From assembly GCA_963822585.1 (NCBI GenBank), contig CAWGIE010000036.1, positions 160,001 through 224,000 of the forward strand: a stretch of 64,000 bases of DNA, in the 5' to 3' direction. Under the pieces are notes generated by a model. That model ran no database searches, had not been told where the DNA came from, and was given only the letters and a program-made list of their open reading frames with translations. The DNA is from an uncultured bacterium. GTDB taxonomy: Bacteria; Auribacterota; Erginobacteria; Erginobacterales; Erginobacteraceae. Shown piece by piece: positions 61,123 through 64,000 of the stretch. A program made the position numbers and the translations under genes. The first letter of the stretch is position 1, and every line of letters starts with the position of its first letter.

Positions 61123-62436
61123 TCACCCCTGTTTTTTGCTTTTCAACGCTTCTTTTCCCAGTTTGATCAACTGGACAAGGTCGCGTCCCGCTGAGCAGAC
61201 GTAAGCGCAGCAGCCGCACTCGATACAGTTTTTTCCCCCCAGTTTTTCGAAATCATCCCACTGTTCTTTCTCGACCATTGTCCCCAGGTCGCTGGGTATC
61301 AGCCCCATCGGACAGCTCCGGAGGCAATCTCCGCAGCGGATACAGGGCATGTTGCGCTCCCGGGAGACGGCTCGCATCACCAGTAATCCGGAAGTTCCCT
61401 TGATGACCGGGGTCTCCATACTTGCCTGGGCGATCCCCATCATGGGGCCGCCGGATATTACTCTCAGATCTCCATCAGGCAGTCCTCCGGCCGCCTCCAA
61501 AAGGTACCGGAAAGGGGTACCTATCCGGACCCGGAAATTGCCGGGCTTTTTCACACCGGGACCACTGACGGTGACCACCCGGTCGATCAGCGGTTTTCCC
61601 TCGGCAACGGCCTCGGCAATCGCCACTGCGGTACCGACATTTTGAACGACGCACCCGACCGCCGAAGGAAGTCCCCCGGCCGGCACTTCCCGGTGAAAAA
61701 GGGAATAGATAAGCTGCTTTTCAGCTCCCTGGGGGTATTTAACCTTGAGCAGCCTGGTGGTGATATTTTTCTCCTTGTGAACCGCCGCCTGCAGCTTGTA
61801 AAAAGCATCCATCTTGTTGGCTTCGATCGCGATTACCCCCTCTCGGGCCCCGGTGGCCCGCATGATCAGGCGGAGACCGTCAATCACCTTCGTTCCTTCT
61901 TCCACCATCAGGCGGTAGTCAACGGTCAGGAAAGGTTCGCATTCGGCGCCGTTGATCACTGCGTACTCGATCTCGGTCTCGGCGGGAGGGCTGAGTTTGA
62001 CCTGCGTCGGGAAGCCGGCGCCGCCCAACCCGACAACGCCCGCTGCGGCCACCCGGTTTCGAATATCATCCGGAGAGAGCCGGGAGAAATCCCGCAGAGG
62101 CGTCATCCGGCGCCGGGAAGAATCATGCAAGTCGGTCTCGATCTCGATGGCGGCGGACGGACCGGTCGGAGAAGGAAATACATCCAGCGCAATTACCGTA
62201 CCGGAGACGGAAGCATGCAGAGTGGAAGAAATCGGTCCGCCCGGCTCGGCGATCACTTCTCCTTCCTCGACCTTACGGCCGGCCTTAACCACCGGCCGGG
62301 ACGGCGTCCCGGCATTCTGATTAAGGGGTATCACCACCCGGGGAGGAAGCGGGAGCTCTTTGATCTTCTTTTGCTCCGTTTGCTCTTTGTGCTCGGGGAG
62401 ATGAATCCCCCCCTTAAATGTCGGCAGCCTGACCAT
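61123..62436 (-). CDS. rnfC: Rnf complex subunit C
   Basis: FKGGIH, GLGGAGFPT, NGAECEP, KYPQGAEK, CIRCGDC, CIECGCC. Confidence 0.96.
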   Translation of the reverse strand: MVRLPTFKGGIHLPEHKEQTEQKKIKELPLPPRVVIPLNQNAGTPSRPVVKAGRKVEEGEVIAEPGGPISSTLHASVSGTVIALDVFPSPTGPSAAIEIETDLHDSSRRRMTPLRDFSRLSPDDIRNRVAAAGVVGLGGAGFPTQVKLSPPAETEIEYAVINGAECEPFLTVDYRLMVEEGTKVIDGLRLIMRATGAREGVIAIEANKMDAFYKLQAAVHKEKNITTRLLKVKYPQGAEKQLIYSLFHREVPAGGLPSAVGCVVQNVGTAVAIAEAVAEGKPLIDRVVTVSGPGVKKPGNFRVRIGTPFRYLLEAAGGLPDGDLRVISGGPMMGIAQASMETPVIKGTSGLLVMRAVSRERNMPCIRCGDCLRSCPMGLIPSDLGTMVEKEQWDDFEKLGGKNCIECGCCAYVCSAGRDLVQLIKLGKEALKSKKQG

Positions 62437-62756
62437 TAGAACTTAGCCCTCGCTTCGCTCGGGCGACTAAATAAAACTACGAATTACGCGAAACTTGTCC
62501 TGAGCGTAGCCGAAGGATTACACGAATTTTCTTTAAAATATCCCTGCACTGTCGGTTCAATGCTTGTACATTCCTATTTTTTCGGCCTCCCCCGAAGCAT
62601 TAATCGGGGTAGAAAAAATAAGATTATTGAAATTCCTAAACAGGAACTTAGTTCCGCAACTTATTTAACCGCAAATCTTCGCTAATTCAAAAAATAAGAA
62701 CTACGAATTTCACCCCCGATTAAAACTTCGGAGCGGAGAAATTACACGAATTAATC

Positions 62757-63737
62757 TTAAATATTCCTGCAATATCGATTCAATGCCTGCACATTATTAT
62801 TTTTTCGCAGAAAAAATAATATTACCAGGCAACACCCGCCCCCCTGACCTCCATGACATACCGGATAACCGCTTTTCTTTTCCACAATCACCGCCCAGAG
62901 ACGAACCTGACGGGACTGATACTTCTTCAAGTCGATAATATCGCCGGTCAGGTACCCGATCACAGCCGGATCGAACCGGGACCGGACCAGCTCATATGCA
63001 TACTCCCGGTCGGCGGAAGTAAACGGCTGCTCCAGCTTCCGTATAAAACCGGTATAGGACCGGGCAATACCCGTCAAACCGGCCCGCTGATCGGGCGCGG
63101 GGGAGGCGGACGCCGGAACCCGAACAGGAGGAGGCGGGGATGGAGAAACGGGGGCGGGCGGGGGAGGAGTTTCCGTTCTCCGGCGCGTGATGAATTTTTC
63201 TCGGATGGAGGGCGCGGCGCGTGACGGAGAGACATCTCCCACCGGAATGACGGCCCGGGGACGGTCCGGCCCCTCCGGCGGGGAGGTCGAGACTGCTCGG
63301 GAGGAGGATGAGATATAGCGGGAATCCACCCAGAGCCTCCCGGTTTCCGGGAGCTCGATCCTCACCCATCCTGCTTCTTCCTGAAGAACCGTAACGGCGG
63401 TGCCCTTCCGGAGATAGGTCAGACGCCCGTAGGAAATTCCGGGTCCGCTCCGGACATTGACCCGGCTGCCGATGACCACCCCATCTTTAATATACGCGGC
63501 CGTGACCCAAGCCTCGATCCCCGGCGGGGGAACGATCGCCGACCATTCACCATCGGTCAGAATGACCTGTACCTGCTGCCCTTTCTGCAGCTGGCCGACA
63601 ATCTCCGATTTCAGACTGGGACTGACCCGGAGATTAACGCTATTTCCGGTGACTGTTCGGGTGATGGGGATGACATCGCCGAAGACCGGGGGAATCGATA
63701 ACAGGGAGAGCGCGAATACCGCAAAATATTTCATCAA
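62757..63737 (-). CDS. Secreted tandem SH3b domain protein with Pro-rich linker (true stop possibly near 62822 if a C-terminal indel is corrected)
   Basis: Signal peptide; VNLRVSPS..W..AWV and VNVRSGPG..WVRI..WV; PPPPAP linker. Confidence 0.85.
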   Translation of the reverse strand: MMKYFAVFALSLLSIPPVFGDVIPITRTVTGNSVNLRVSPSLKSEIVGQLQKGQQVQVILTDGEWSAIVPPPGIEAWVTAAYIKDGVVIGSRVNVRSGPGISYGRLTYLRKGTAVTVLQEEAGWVRIELPETGRLWVDSRYISSSSRAVSTSPPEGPDRPRAVIPVGDVSPSRAAPSIREKFITRRRTETPPPPAPVSPSPPPPVRVPASASPAPDQRAGLTGIARSYTGFIRKLEQPFTSADREYAYELVRSRFDPAVIGYLTGDIIDLKKYQSRQVRLWAVIVEKKSGYPVCHGGQGGGCCLVILFFLRKNNNVQALNRYCRNI

Positions 63738-63754
63738 TCTATTCGGCGGGAAAA

Positions 63755-63910
63755 TTATTCTTTTACCGTTATTTTTTGAAGTCCGAGGACGGATTGACCC
63801 TCATTCCACTTGCCTTTTTCCTGCAGATAACGGATCCGTTCATACCGTTTAAGCACGTTACGCTTGGCCTTGATCTTCCCTTTTCCTCCAAAACTCGGAT
63901 GCTGAGACAT
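63755..63910 (-). CDS. PVC-superphylum signature small basic protein (51 aa)
   Basis: Manual translation MSQHPSFGGKGKIKAKRNVLKRYERIRYLQEKGKWNEGQSVLGLQKITVKE, with SD GGAGG. Matches the family pattern MSxHxS...RNVLKRxER...W...GLxK. Below the ORF-track length cutoff. Confidence 0.88.
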   Translation of the reverse strand: MSQHPSFGGKGKIKAKRNVLKRYERIRYLQEKGKWNEGQSVLGLQKITVKE

Positions 63911-64000
63911 CGAAATAACCTCCGTAAATAAATTAGCGCCTTCGGCGCCAATTTATGTGGACCCCGATTGAATCAATCGGGGTCTGTTAGTTAACTAAAA

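Larger units (their letters stand above)
29880..62755. repeat. Dispersed intergenic elements built of 7-10-nt tandem repeats, mostly with inverted arms (about 18 sites)
   Basis: Examples: 30454-30541, 31143-31230, 31665-31765, 33706-33790, 34826-35040, 37533-37800, 40148-40270, 43117-43500, 46677-46753, 49344-49435, 54405-54557, 57507-57585, 61041-61125, 62476-62755. Confidence 0.85.

Noticed and set aside
29880..62755. Short repeat arrays as CRISPR arrays
   Set aside because: Units are 7-10 nt, contiguous and degenerate, with no unique spacers and no cas genes.
1..64000. tRNA/rRNA genes, transposases, integrases, prophage or defence systems
   Set aside because: None was recognised by eye. 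Short RNA genes cannot be fully excluded without tRNAscan-SE or cmscan.

Overview
Bacterial window, very probably from the PVC superphylum or a close relative: a 51-aa PVC signature small basic protein gene, missed by the ORF track, lies at 63755-63910. The first block (1-27.4 kb) is a minus-strand Wzx/Wzy-type surface polysaccharide locus: a methyltransferase-GT9 fusion, three GT4s, a polymerase/ligase, a heparinase II/III-like protein, a flippase, a methyltransferase, a bi-domain oxidoreductase, a short Wza, Wzc and an outer-membrane beta-barrel. A plus-strand cassette splits this locus. The cassette holds a REC-GAF-histidine kinase, an NtrC-family activator, a consensus sigma-54 promoter and a roughly 1900-aa secreted multidomain carbohydrate-active protein. 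Genes in 1.6-11.5 kb carry many single-base indels, probably sequencing errors. The second block (27.5-29.8 kb) holds two atypical receiver proteins. The third block (30-62.4 kb) is a W/Mo anaerobic redox region: two AORs with ferredoxins and three MoaD/ThiS-like proteins, two xanthine-oxidase-family trimers, a single-chain dihydropyrimidine dehydrogenase-like flavoprotein, moeA, MOSC, an RnfC paralog, folE and rnfCDGEAB. It also has a P3-less (tungsten-type) Moco riboswitch with a terminator, upstream of an outer-membrane beta-barrel gene and wtpA. Most intergenic spacers from 28.5 kb onward contain inverted arrays of 7-10-nt tandem repeats; one encloses an internally deleted four-helix-bundle gene. 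A family of small hairpins abuts start codons. All calls come from reading motifs by eye; no database searches were run.
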